A stretch of DNA of 62,186 nt, filler included, from Globobulimina sp. (GCA_003354225.1; 31 parts of 31 records of this genome joined end to end with filler, not necessarily neighbours in it); one strand, 5' to 3'. Shown: positions 1 through 13,057, counted from the first letter of the whole stretch. The notes: generated by a model not told the origin, from the sequence alone. A program made the numbers and translations.

Positions 1-85
1 GGTAAATTAATACGAATATATAAAGAAAAAAGGTTCAAAAAACAAAAATAATAATAAAAATATACTTGTTATAATTGTGATGACA

Positions 86-742
86 TTAAATTGAATTTAA
101 ACATTCGTCTTCTTGCAATTGGCAATTACTTACATTTACATATGGTTTATTTCTTGGATTTGCATAACATAAATATATCACCACCGCAATATTCACCATA
201 AATAATATTATCAACACCATATCTCTCAAACCATTCCATTTCGGTAATACTGCCATTGGAACACTTTCACTTTTACGCGAAATTCCAAATGCATCGATTC
301 TGGCATTCACCGCAATTAATTCTCGGTGTAAATCAGCTATCCTTTTTTGTGAATCGCTTGTCACACTTTCTTGTCTGGCATATTCCTCAGAACACTCAAC
401 TAAATATCCATCGATAGCAAATGCATCACAATCACGAACACATTCATCACTCTCATAATCGCACTCAAATCCCACATCACAACCACCCGCACACTCTGAT
501 TCTGTGTATAATATAATTAAAATGAAAAACATTATATTTGCAATAAATAAATAGAAAATATTACCTTCGGTTGTAAAAATATCGAAACTATAGTTACTGT
601 CTGTAGAATGTGGAATTACTGTCGAAACTATAGATATATCACTTGATGTGGAATTACTGTCTGTAGAATTAACATTTTTACTACTCACTACATATACTGC
701 CATAATCATTAGAAAAAACGCAAAATGTGGAGCCATGGCCAA
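86..742 (-). CDS. Secreted or single-pass membrane protein with Ser/Thr-rich repeats and a small Cys-rich module
   Basis: Hydrophobic N-terminus, STDSN repeats, CAGGCDVGFECDYESDECVRDC, short coiled coil and a C-terminal TM helix. Probable 63-bp in-frame GT-AG intron at 502-564. Confidence 0.6.
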   Translation of the reverse strand: MAMAPHFAFFLMIMAVYVVSSKNVNSTDSNSTSSDISIVSTVIPHSTDSNYSFDIFTTEGNIFYLFIANIMFFILIILYTESECAGGCDVGFECDYESDECVRDCDAFAIDGYLVECSEEYARQESVTSDSQKRIADLHRELIAVNARIDAFGISRKSESVPMAVLPKWNGLRDMVLIILFMVNIAVVIYLCYANPRNKPYVNVSNCQLQEDECLNSI

Positions 743-950
743 GTCTAAGTAGAGAGGATTTAGTGTTACAGTTTATTTTCTGTGGCATAAAAACTGTGCC
801 CAAAATGAAACTTGCGTTCACTTTGCCACACTTTATTGGAAACTTATGATTCAATAGAATTTGAATCTCCTAAGTTTGAAACATAGTTTTACAAAAAAAA
901 ATGTTTATAGATACAGTCAAAAACCACCACAAAATATGCAACTAATTTAA

Positions 951-1911
951 ATGCAACTTGTTACAATTGCCTTGCGAAAAATGGATGCCATTGACATCGT
1001 ATGCGTAGCTGTTGTCACATTCAATATCGCTGGATTTTGTCCAATTCTTATTTATTACCTGAATCAATATCAATCGTACAGTCAAAAGGTAATAAATGAC
1101 GGCATCGGTCACAACACAACAAACGTAACCAACAAAAGAAGTGCATTGCTAGTGTATACCCTGAATATATTGGCAATATTTACAAACTGTACACAGCTGC
1201 TCATTCTCGCAAACGTGTTAAATGTAATAAACTTGCCATTGTGGACAATGACATTGTTTTTGTCCATATCTTGGTGGGGATTGATAGATGTATTTGTGAT
1301 TAAAGTGTACCATTTATATTATCAGCAAGAATATAACAAATACATTGTTGACGCTGTTTGCAAACACGATGTCAAATCGAACCATAAAGATTGTAATTGG
1401 TACATTGTAAATAAAAACAAATATGGAAACACTGCATATTTGCTGAAAATTATGATTCTGCCGTATATGATATCAATTGTTTTGGACACAGCAGCAAATG
1501 TGGCTTTATGTTAAGTACTTAATCTGCGAAACATGCAAAAAAACTCTGTACGTTGTTTATTTTTTATATATATACAGCAGATCGAACCGGTACCGGTTGG
1601 TTCCTCTGCTGTTTTCATTTAACATTAGCAACAATACCTGTCAGTGTTGCAATTGTTTTATTTTATAAATCGCGAAAAATAAATGATATCTATAAAATCC
1701 GCGATGAAATATTCTATCAATTTATCGTTTTATTGTGTTCTTTGTCACTTTATATGATAATATATATGATTTGTTGTAATGCGGCAAACAACGCAAGATT
1801 TGAGTTTATAGCATATTTATTCATATCGTATGGCATTACATTGCCATTGGCTTTATTCTCAACGTTATATCCAATATATTTAACAAAGCAACACCAAAAC
1901 CAAACGCCTTT
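951..1911 (+). CDS. 7TM GPCR-like membrane protein (RGS-fused 7TM type), 3' truncated
   Basis: Removing intron 1510-1577 (gttaag..atacag) joins the two ORFs in frame. About 7 hydrophobic segments, KRS after TM1 and an INDIYKIRDEI motif before TM6. Confidence 0.55.
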
Positions 1912-2011
1912 NNNNNNNNNNNNNNNNNNNNNNNNNNNNNNNNNNNNNNNNNNNNTTAATTAATTAANNNNNNNNNNNNNNNNNNNNNNNNNNNNNNNNN
2001 NNNNNNNNNNN
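1912..2011. other. Artificial 100-bp contig spacer (first of 30 identical ones, about every 2010 bp)
   Basis: 44 N + TTAATTAATTAA (stops in all six frames) + 44 N. The flanking segments shrink monotonically from 1911 to 1907 bp, as in a size-sorted concatenation. Confidence 0.98.
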
Positions 2012-2013
2012 AA

Positions 2014-3922
2014 TTCTCAAATACGTTAATACGTATAATATGTGGTGATGATGCACTAAGCAAACAACGCGTAGTTAATAAGCTATCATCAAACATCAAA
2101 CATAATTATAAGGTCGCGATCGATGACAAACTATTAATAAATTGTGACATTTATTTATCCGAAGTCCGGCAAGAAATGCTTGCTATGCTCAAGAATAATA
2201 ATGATGTTATTTATTGCTATGAATTGTGTCGATATAAAGAGATAAAGCGAGTAAAACAGAATATATTATCATTAAAATATGATGAACAAACATTTGCAGA
2301 TAAAAAGATCTTAGAAAATGATAAATCATTGCAAGAGTTTTTAAATTCAGGCTGTAAAATTCGAATCGATGAAACAAACCATTTTATATTGCAACAAATC
2401 AAAGTTCAGCTTAAAAATGATATAAATAATTGGCTGTGTTGTGTGTTTTATAAAGAATATGAAATATTGCGATTGAAAGAGAGCTTAAGATTATTAATAT
2501 TGAATGACAATATTACCTCTACGAAGTTAAATGATCTGCAAAAAGAAAGCTTTGCGGCCAAAGCGCATAAAAATTGTGGCAAATTAATGTCCATTAAATT
2601 GGGTAAAAAATTATTTCAACATTTACCAAATCAAAAAAATACGTCACCGAAAAATTGCGAAGAAATTTATAATCAAACCATTCAATATATTGATAAATGG
2701 TGGAATGATAAAAAAAAGAAATTGAAAAAAAAATGCATCGCCTTATCCCTTGACAAACAATCATTTATTTCATACATAATACCAAATAAAAATGATTATT
2801 ATAACAATAATAAAACATGGCCGCAGGTTATAAATGATTTAAAACAAATGGTCGATATCGATGATGAGGAGGATGAGGATGATGACTTTGATCATGATTT
2901 TAGTGAATTAATTACCGCCATTCGATTATGCACAGACAATGACATACAAAAAGAAAATATTACATTTGGTGAGTGGCTATTGAACTTATTGCAGGATTTT
3001 AAAGAATTTGAAGATAAAATGATAAAATTAAGGAAATATATCATTGGTAAAGACATTAATGCGGATAAATTAAATAAGCAAATCATAAAAAGGAAAGACT
3101 TTGCTACCAAATGTGATGAATGTGACATTGCGAGGGGAGTATCAACAAAATTGCACAAAGAATTAACCAAACGGACGGATATTAAAAAAGATTGGAGCAG
3201 TACGGATGTATTTAATTTCATGAAAGAATACTTACAAAAAGTGACCAAAACCAAAAAAATCAAAATTATTGAAAAGATAAAACGTGAAAAAATTGGAAAA
3301 CACGAATTTATTGAAAAATATGCATTTTCTGGTGAAGAATCTATGAATAAAATACACGATTTTTTGCGAAATAAAATGGAATATACAAAAAAAGAGCAAA
3401 CATTGAAACAAATGTCTCATCGAATTTATTCATGCATTGGATTGTATAATAATATGTATACGGAGAATATACAGAATTTGACGGGCTTCAATCAGGAATA
3501 TAAAGAGTACGAAAGAATATTAAGTCGATTGACGGATCCACAGAAACAAAAACAAAAACAACAAATCAAGCAACAAGAAGAAGAAATTAAACTGGCAACA
3601 CCAGCCACGCTCAAACAGCAAAGGGCTAAACCAATGACGCACGTTATTCCATCCTCGAATGCGTTTGGCGTGGATATGACCGGTTATTTCCACAAAGATA
3701 TTCGCCAATTAATAGCAGAATATATCTATACAAAGGAAAAGATCAAGGAACAAATTGATTTGATGAAGTCTTATGTATTAAAAAATAACATCGACAGTAA
3801 CATCATGGTTGATACACCAAAGAAGAAATTATGTGAAATAATGAAATCGAAATGTAAAATTGCGCCGGGAATCACAACCAATTTGTTGAAGAAAGTGATC
3901 CAATCCAACGAATTTGGGCCAA
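2014..3922 (+). CDS. Hypothetical Lys-rich helical protein, internal fragment
   Basis: Frame is open across the whole contig; no family motif recognised. Confidence 0.6.
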
Positions 3923-4022
3923 NNNNNNNNNNNNNNNNNNNNNNNNNNNNNNNNNNNNNNNNNNNNTTAATTAATTAANNNNNNNNNNNNNNNNNNNNNN
4001 NNNNNNNNNNNNNNNNNNNNNN

Positions 4023-5933
4023 TCGCAGTTAAAAATTGTAAAATGTGACTTTGATTTAAATGAGAAAAATAAACAAAACTTAGAATTCCAATTAATTGAA
4101 TTTCAAAATGAAAACGACAAATTAAAAAAAGAAAATACAATAATCTCAAAAAATAATACGCGCAAAGAAGAAATTATTGAGAAAATTGAAAAAGAAAAGC
4201 ATTCATTAAAATTGATATTGCAAGAAATGCACCAAAGAATAAATGCATTTCAACAAAGATTATCGTTAGTAAATAAGGAGAGAGATGATATAAAACAGGC
4301 TTATGACAATTGTTTGGTTGAAATGGATAACAAAAACGAATTAATTTCAAATGCAAACTGCAAATTAAATGACTTAAAATCGCAAGATAATGAGTTACAA
4401 AATAATTTAAAATCAATCTCCAAAAAACATAATGAATTGCAACAAGCATATAAAAATAAAGAGAATTTAGCCAAAACCTCCATGCATAAAATCAAAGAAT
4501 TTAATGAAATTAATGACAAATTGACCAATACATTGCGGCAAGAAATCAAAGATAAGCAAATGTTGAAAGATAATATTCGCCAAATAAGCAAAGAAAGAGA
4601 TGATATTCATAGCAAATACGATGAGCTACATATCAAATATAACAATTTAAGCGATGAAATTGTGCCAAGTCTAAATCAAGAATTAATTTTAAGTCAAGCT
4701 AAAAACGGCGAACTGTCGGTATTATGCAATAAATTGGACGATGAATATAAAAATGCACAGCTTAAAATCGAGCAGTTATATATTGACAATAAGCACTTTA
4801 ATGAGGGATTGCAAACGGAACAAGAAAAAATTAATAATTTAAGCAATAAATTAAATGAATCGTACGGTGATAATAATAATATGAAGTGTGCGTTGCAAAA
4901 ATTAGTCAATAAACATGATGAATTGCAAAATGAATTGGATAAAAATGCGGAGGTTATTCAAATTTTAAATAATAATATCTCGGAAAAACAATCAAAAATT
5001 GGAGAATTTGAATTGATTTTAAGTGAGACACAAAATAAATATCGAATGCAACAAAAACAATTAGTTGAATATGACAATAAATTAAAATTTAATGTGGAAT
5101 TAACAAATAAATTGCAAAAACATATCATACCGTCATTGAAAGAAGAAAATAAATTAAAATGTGAACAATTGAAGAATTTCGAAAATGATATAAATAATAT
5201 AACGAAAGAAAACCAATTTTTGAATAATGAATATGCGGTGACAATAAATGACAGAGATACTAAAAATAATCAATTATCGACTGCTTTGAATAAAATATTG
5301 TATTTGGAGTCAAACTTTAAAAATATGGATAACGAAAAGAAGCAAATATTGCAAAATTACCAAAGTGTGATATTAGAAAATGAGAAATTTGCTAAATTGT
5401 CAGAAATGCTACAGAAAAATAGCTCAGATTTTGCAATGAAAATATCAATGTTGGAACAACATATTTTAAGTCGAGATCATCGCATTAAACACTTAGAAAA
5501 AACGTTGACCGAAGCAAACTTAAACAATCATGAATTACAAAGACAAAATCAAATCATTGCACGCGATTTGCAACGGATTAATTTAAATAATAGCAAAAAT
5601 AAAACAATTTCTGTCAATTTAAAAAAAGATTTGGATTGCATGAACCAACAGGTTGTACAGAAACAAATTCATCAAATTGGCAAAAAAAATAAAATTATTG
5701 TTCAATTCAAAAAAGAAAACGAAAAATTACAAAACGAAATTAATCGCTTAAATTTGGAAAAAGAAATTGCATCAAAATCATTAAACACTGCACAAGAAAA
5801 AATGGTAAAATTAGAAGATATTATAAATAATTTAAGAGTTGATTCTATTTCAAATACTGAGATATCTATGCAAGACAAAGATGAATCTACAAAATTAAAA
5901 TTGGAATTAAATTCAATTAAAGATTTAAACCAA
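4023..5933 (+). CDS. Long coiled-coil protein, internal fragment
   Basis: Frame is open across the whole contig; heptad-rich L/I/K/E/N/Q composition and almost no Pro or Gly. Confidence 0.8.
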
Positions 5934-6033
5934 NNNNNNNNNNNNNNNNNNNNNNNNNNNNNNNNNNNNNNNNNNNNTTAATTAATTAANNNNNNNNNNN
6001 NNNNNNNNNNNNNNNNNNNNNNNNNNNNNNNNN

Positions 6034-6333
6034 TGATATGGGAGATATTAAAAAATAAATGACATATAAAGGAGCGTTATAATATACGCCAATGGCTAAT
6101 ATGAATTTATATGCTTTTGAAATAATATATAGGATTGCACCAAATGTAATTAATAAGATAGTTCGTGGATGTCTTGCTCGAATACACGTTAAACTTCGAT
6201 GTTTCCAGTATGAAATAGCGGAATAGATTAAAGTTGGAATAAAAAATAGAATGATGAATGATATTGAGACCCAGACTAATATCATATCACCAGTTGTACG
6301 GGTGTGTAAACTAACAGATGTTAACTCTGTCAT
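6034..6333 (-). CDS. N-terminus of a 7TM GPCR-like protein, same type as 951-1911
   Basis: TM1 followed by YWKHRSLTCIRARHP, then TM2 and TM3; runs off the contig. Confidence 0.5.
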
Positions 6334-6953
6334 GATGCAATGTAGATATGAATGTTAAATTTACAAAACAGTGTTTTGTTTTTGTTTTTATATAAACTCA
6401 GACTGCAACGTTAACTCTTGTCTTGTCAGCCATAAGTGTATTTCTAATGATAAAAAAGTATAATATAATATTATATCATGACAAGGCCATTATTTTGTGA
6501 TATTGGTGGATTGATATGTGACTAATCACCACAGCATAAAACAAGTTACTGTGGAGTGTGGACACAACTCACTGCAGTCATCACAACTAATTTTAATATA
6601 GTATGTTGGTAAAATTGCTGCAGAATTATAAATACTGACGTTCATATATGCACTGTACGTTTGGTTACTACCTAGCTAATCAGTAATGAGACAAATATCA
6701 AAAAAAGATGCGCGCGGTGGCACTGTATGACCAGTCATGCACATTATTTGACAAAATACAGACTGTAACGAAACTCTGGTACCATAAATGTATTTCAAAT
6801 GATGAAAAGCATATAAATATAAATAATATATCATATGTAAGGTGTTTAATTTCACAAGAGCATCATTTTGTGAGGCACAAACGGTCGGACTGAAATCACC
6901 AATAAAACTACTGCAGACACACACTGCAGTCACAACTATTGAGCTAATTTATT

Positions 6954-7850
6954 GTGGTGCTGGACAAATTTTTGAAAACGTGTAGTCACATCTTTTTGAT
7001 GGCAGTTGCTTTAAACGATGTAACAGACGAGAAACTGCCACAATTTCTAATATATAAGGAATCAAACATTACAATTCATTGCTTTGATAGTTTATTGGAT
7101 GATATTTATGAATTTATATTAGATGCAGATAATATCCAACATTGGACTGCAAGGAAAGAAATACGAATAGGTTTTGTATTGGAAGACATCTGTAACAATA
7201 AATTAAATAAAACATATCAATTACTATCATTTTTAAGTAAATATAATTTGGTTGCATTGACATTAGAATTGCATTGTTGCAGTGAGATATTATCTTGTTC
7301 TTCATATGCATTTATTGAATTATTCAATATAATTTTACTTTTGATTGAACATAAACAATTAAAACGATTTAAATTTTGTTTCAATGGATTACAACCAATT
7401 CATTATCAGTTATTAAGTGAAAATATCATCAAATATTTATCATCGACAATATTACATACAACAAACAAGAAAATTGCATTACGATTAAATATAAATAAAT
7501 CGTTATTTAATTATTGGCAAAGCAATGAAAAGGAATTCCATTTAATTTTAAATTGCATAAAACAAACACAATGTGCTTCAAATATTTTTTTAACCTTTAA
7601 ACATTTATCATTCTCATCCATATATTTTAAACAAACTATTTCATTGTTATCAGCAATCGAATGCAATGCATCAATTTCATTGTTATCGCTTAAGTTTTAT
7701 GATGCGGAGATATTTGAGGAAAGAAATTGTCCGTATAATATGAATAATATTCATCATAAAATACATGAAAAACTATACAAACAATTAATTAAGGTATTAT
7801 ACGCAGCAATTTATATAATTTATTATTGCTATTCCGAAACAGAAACATAA
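6954..7850 (+). CDS. Hypothetical protein, possibly degenerate LRR/RNI-like; probably continues after an intron near 7793
   Basis: 298-aa ORF (first ATG 6999) with LxxLxL-like spacing; aag|gtatt donor-like site near the end. Confidence 0.45.
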   Translation: MVLDKFLKTCSHIFLMAVALNDVTDEKLPQFLIYKESNITIHCFDSLLDDIYEFILDADNIQHWTARKEIRIGFVLEDICNNKLNKTYQLLSFLSKYNLVALTLELHCCSEILSCSSYAFIELFNIILLLIEHKQLKRFKFCFNGLQPIHYQLLSENIIKYLSSTILHTTNKKIALRLNINKSLFNYWQSNEKEFHLILNCIKQTQCASNIFLTFKHLSFSSIYFKQTISLLSAIECNASISLLSLKFYDAEIFEERNCPYNMNNIHHKIHEKLYKQLIKVLYAAIYIIYYCYSETET

Positions 7851-8623
7851 TACGTGTTTTCAACAAAAATTAAATACGTTTTTAATATGAATTCATGCAA
7901 TCATACAGTTGAAAACGTATTGATTATAAAAACACGTATTTATGNNNNNNNNNNNNNNNNNNNNNNNNNNNNNNNNNNNNNNNNNNNNTTAATTAATTAA
8001 NNNNNNNNNNNNNNNNNNNNNNNNNNNNNNNNNNNNNNNNNNNNATGGAAGATAATGATTTGGATGAATATGATGATGAGCGAGTGCAAGCCCATCATCA
8101 TAATTATTAATATAAGCTGTGCGTTTATGTTTATCTGACAGTTAAATGTCAGATATCTCTCCGAACCTGTACGGAAATAAAAATAAAAGATCAGAACGGA
8201 AATAAAAATAAAATATCAACACATTACAATTATAATGTTACAAATAAAAAAATTTAAACACTTTAAGGCAGTGATTATGAGGTTTCTGGCTCTGACCTAA
8301 GTGATGAGCATATGGAGCAACTCAAGAAAAAGATTGATGGGATGAAAAAGAATAATTTGCGATGTCCACGATGTCACAAAGTTGGAACTACTAAACGTGG
8401 ATTGAAGAAACATTCGATTGTTGGTGTCATCAAACATATAAAAGAAATTGCTCATTGACATTACATCAAAAGAAACATTGTCAGTTTAGATATAAATATA
8501 AATGTAAAAGAAAATTTCTTTCCATCATCACCACCTAATTTCTTCCAAACCACCATGTGTGTTTTGTATCAAAACTCATCGTTTAGTTAGTATCATTTTT
8601 CTCAAAAACCGCAATTTGGAACA

Positions 8624-9954
8624 ATGGCAGATTTTGACAGAGATGCGATAGCGTTTAACACTCAGTATTCAATAGATAACCAGATAGACCTTGCAAATGT
8701 AGCAAATGAAGTCCATGAGGAAGAAACAAAAATGTCTTCACTTTCAACAACAAATGAATCACCAGAAAAGCACGAAGAGAAAGAGAAAGAACTACAATTA
8801 GCTGCAAATTTATCCGGAGCTTTCACTGTATTCGAAAGCGAAGAAGCCAAAGCATTCCAAATCCATGGCACATATCGAGACAATTGGCAGGAATTTGTCA
8901 AACAGCCTTCCATCGTAGCTAAGGTCACCACACACGACAAAGGCACAGAGGAAGAGATTTATTTTGCAAACCCAATAGCACCGATACGCATTTATGTTGG
9001 ATTGAAAATCAAACGAATATCTGATGTGGATAATGTCCGTGAAACCTATAGATGCAGATTGCATATATACTTTGATTGGCTATTAACAAAAGAAGGATAT
9101 CTATCATATATTGAATATACAGTTAAGAATAATAATGATTTAAAAATTATATTATTCGCATATTCGCAAAATGCAACGTACAGAAAAATCGACGAAGCAA
9201 AAAAGTTAAATGGTATCCACCTCTCCGTCCTCGCTATGAATTCTTAAATATTGTGGAAGCTCATGTATATGAAGAAGTTGATTATGGCATCGATGGACCG
9301 TATCGCGTCCAGAGAATCGAGGATTTTGCCTCAAAGTTCGTTGGTTTTGATGCAGAGCATGCTTTTATGTGTCACATGAAATTGGAAGTTGATGCTACAT
9401 TTCAGGAATCATTTGAATTGGAACGGTATCCATTCGATTGCCAGGATTTATCCATAGTACTACGAGAAGGATCAGGTACCAACAAAGTTGTACTTGTCCC
9501 TGAAGTTCGTCATAAGAAGGGGAAACCCGCTGATTTTGTCCGTTTGGATTCAACAATCTCAAAATTTGGTGAATATGATTTGGAAAACTGTGTTGTTCAA
9601 TTTGGTATGAGCCGTATGACAGTCAAGCAAAAAATATATTGCGAACTAAAAATCAGTGTTAAATTATCGAGAAAATGGAAACCTGTCTTGTTAGACACAT
9701 TATTGATTATATTCTTGGTCTGCACATTGTCATTTACAGGATTCTCGATTGAATTTAGCGATGTATCATCCAGATTGAGTTTCTCATTGACATTGATGTT
9801 AACGGCAGTTTTATTTGATACTAAAGATAATCCAACCCCGTATCTAACATTTATGGATAAATATGTATTGACCTCATATGTATATTTAACAGCTGTAATG
9901 ATTGAGAATTCATTGGGTGCTTTTTATGAATCAGATGTGGATGAAATGGGATTG
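8624..9954 (+). CDS. Pentameric ligand-gated ion channel subunit (Cys-less, Pro-loop type), 3' truncated
   Basis: Intron 9122-9183 restores the frame and gives WYPPLRPRYEFLN (loop A-like). FELERYPFDCQDL Pro-loop, M1-M3 helices, SRLSFSLTLMLT (M2) and PYLTFMDKY. Confidence 0.88.
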
Positions 9955-10054
9955 NNNNNNNNNNNNNNNNNNNNNNNNNNNNNNNNNNNNNNNNNNNNTT
10001 AATTAATTAANNNNNNNNNNNNNNNNNNNNNNNNNNNNNNNNNNNNNNNNNNNN

Positions 10055-11964
10055 ACATCATATTTGCCATCAAAAATAATAATATATCCTTTATCAAAAA
10101 TAATATTATGTCAAATGATATTGACGTTGATGAACAAAATCCATCGACAGGTATGACATTATTGATGTATGCCACTGTTGTTGGCAATATTGAGTTAGTG
10201 AAATTATGTTGTGACCGTGGTGCCAATTTAACATTAACTGATCACGACAACGAAGCAGCTTTAAACTACGCCATACATTATGGCAGGTACAAAATAACAG
10301 AATTATTGTATTTCCAGCAATTATCGGGTGAATTGGGTAAGGATTTAAAACATATCGCAAAACAGATACATAATAAAAATCATGAAGCACAATATTTTAT
10401 TGATACCGTAGGAACAGAATGTATTCAGCCAATTATTAAATATTTATGTGAGGCAATGGAACAACGAGAAGAATTCTCGCCTGATTTACTTTATTATTCA
10501 TGGCATTATGTATCACTTAACACAAATGCACTGAACTCCATTTTGTTTACATCTATGATCAAATCATTCAATGAAATAATATCAAACACAAAAGACAGGG
10601 CCGGTTGGAAATGGTTAAAAGAACAATTCATTGATAATTTAATTTGGTACACTACAAAACACAAAGATGCTGCCCAGCGATCCGGCACTGAGATAAAAGT
10701 GGAAGATACTTTGTTTTATGAGTTGCTGTTTAGAATCAAAAAACAGTCAAAGAAACAAAGTGATTTATTATTGAAAGAAAAAATAAATAAAATAAAAGCT
10801 GAAAAGAATAAGAAATGGCAGCAATTAATAAGCTTTAACATAACCACAGAATATTCAAATAATGCAAGACAGGACGACTGCCAATGTATGCTCAGTAAAT
10901 ATAGCCAAATGGAATTGGATAAGTATCCAAAATCAACTACTTTTAGTGCTGCCAAACACTATGATACCAATATGTATTTAAATGAGCTTTTATTCCGAGC
11001 CAATGCGGTGAATGGAATTTTTCAACGAGATATTAAAATGTTATCCAATGAAATTGGAATGAAAATCGGAGAAAATGTTTTATTTAGGTATATTTGATAT
11101 ATTTTATACTTTAAAATAATAAATAAACTCAACATGTACAGATCAGGACCTCTTAAAACATTGTCCAGAACTCAAGCAAAAGTCGAAACAGATTACATTG
11201 GAGAAAAGTTCCCATGTTATGCTCGGATATTGGATATTAATCGTTGTGCTCTTCAATTTGAAACTATTGATGCTTTGATGCGATTTATAGACAGATTTAG
11301 AGAAAGAATTGCAAATAAGAATGCTTACTGTGTGCTAGAAATAGTTCGTGCAAAGAATGGGTGGATGACATATGACGAAGCGCACCCAACTTATACTGAC
11401 ATCAAATTGAATGTTCGTATTGGCGATAATTATAATATTAATCAAACCGTTATTGCTGAGCTTCAGTTATTATTGAATTTAATGAGTGCATTTAAGAAAG
11501 TCTCCCATAAACTTTATAGTATTGAAAGGAAATGTGAATTGGTTGAGTCATTTGTCAAATTAAAAAATGAAATGAATCTTTTCAAGAATAATAAGAATGA
11601 AGATGCAGTATTCGCCGACCTGACAAATTTAGATCGCTTTAAACATTTTAAATTATTGTGGAAGCTAACTAATCCAAACAAAGATACGCTAACTATTGTG
11701 AATGAGAGGGAATATATGAAATCTGCAAAAGAAGTTGCTTTGTTTAATGCCATTTGTAGAAATGGCAAAATATTTGCTTTCTTAACTCACCAAAGTAACA
11801 TTGAAATGTATCAAGATTCCGTAGCAAAATATATCGAAAAATATGGATATATTCAAATGGTAAAAGCTGTAAAACAAACAGAAGCTGCTGAATTTATTCA
11901 AAGTTTATCTCAGACTCAACTACATAAACAAATATATTTTAGAAAAAACATGCCAGAGAACGCG
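10055..11964 (+). CDS. Ankyrin-repeat protein fused to a RelA/SpoT-synthetase-like nucleotidyltransferase domain (partial at both ends)
   Basis: Ankyrins GMTLLMYATVVGNIELVKL and AALNYAIHYGRYKITELL. Intron 11088-11141 joins the ORFs in frame, then GPLK..R...K...DY / ILDINR / KNG..YTDIKLNV / IAELQL. Confidence 0.75.
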
Positions 11965-12064
11965 NNNNNNNNNNNNNNNNNNNNNNNNNNNNNNNNNNNN
12001 NNNNNNNNTTAATTAATTAANNNNNNNNNNNNNNNNNNNNNNNNNNNNNNNNNNNNNNNNNNNN

Positions 12065-12473
12065 GCCGAGTTTGGTGCCGATAAAAGATGGCGATTCGAA
12101 TAATTTAACTGTGATTAAGAGTGGCTTTGACGATGAATATAAGATAAGTGATGATCGAAATGGTGTGCTGTTTGATGACGAATTTCAAAATGTTGATTCC
12201 AATGTGTTTAGTCCGCCGATGCATAGTCATGGTCAGACCGTCAGTTTGGTGGAGTTAGAAAAGTTAAAACCAGAAATTGCAATCAGTGATGTGCCCACGT
12301 TGCCGCCTGAAAAGGCACAGAGCGATGTGCTGAGAGAGAATGAGAAAGATAAACAATATGAAGATATGTATGTGAATATTGGCACCAATAATAGTACGGC
12401 GACGCGAACGGGATCGAATACAACGATTAATTCTGAAGAACAACATCATGAAAACACATTTGAATTGAAATAA
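12065..12473 (+). CDS. Acidic, probably disordered C-terminal tail of an unknown protein
   Basis: Open frame from the contig start to a double TAA, followed by a T-rich 3' region. Confidence 0.55.
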
Positions 12474-13057
12474 TAAATAAAAATTTAACATTTTAAATTA
12501 GTTCTTTTTTTTTATATAGTTATTTAATTTTTTTTTTTTTTTTGTGCTTTTTTGTGGTGCGTTGATTTATTGTTTTAAAAAAAATAATGTGAAATGTTTT
12601 GGTTTTTGGTCAATAAATAATAGTGTTTATGTTTTTTTTCTTTAATTTTTTTAATTTTTTAATTTTGTGAACTTATTAACTTATTTGTATATTATATCTC
12701 CTATACTTAACTGAGTATCACCAACATAACCAATCAATGCTTAATTAACACGTCATAATATTATTTAAATTGTGGCGCATGTTTAGTCAACAAAAACACA
12801 CATTTATTTTAGTTCACAATGTCAAAGTACAACATTTGATATAAGCTGGTGTCTGTTGTATTGATTAGATAGTAAACATTATATTTATTTATTTGCATTG
12901 GGTATATAATAAGTATGTAAATGCATATCGAGTGCAGTTGTCATAAAATATAATATTCTCATTAAATCACGAAATGGATTATGAACCTAAAAATGGTGTA
13001 ATTCTAATAATATCGGCCAAATTTATGAATTAACTGAATTGATATTAAATTTTCAAC

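Noticed and set aside
8312-8458. 48-aa ORF with CPRC..KKH, C2H2-like
   Set aside because: It is too short, the second His spacing is irregular, and there is no supporting context.
8624-11964. pLGIC and ankyrin-RSH-like ORFs as one fused channel-enzyme or gene cluster
   Set aside because: They lie on different size-sorted contigs, so adjacency carries no information.
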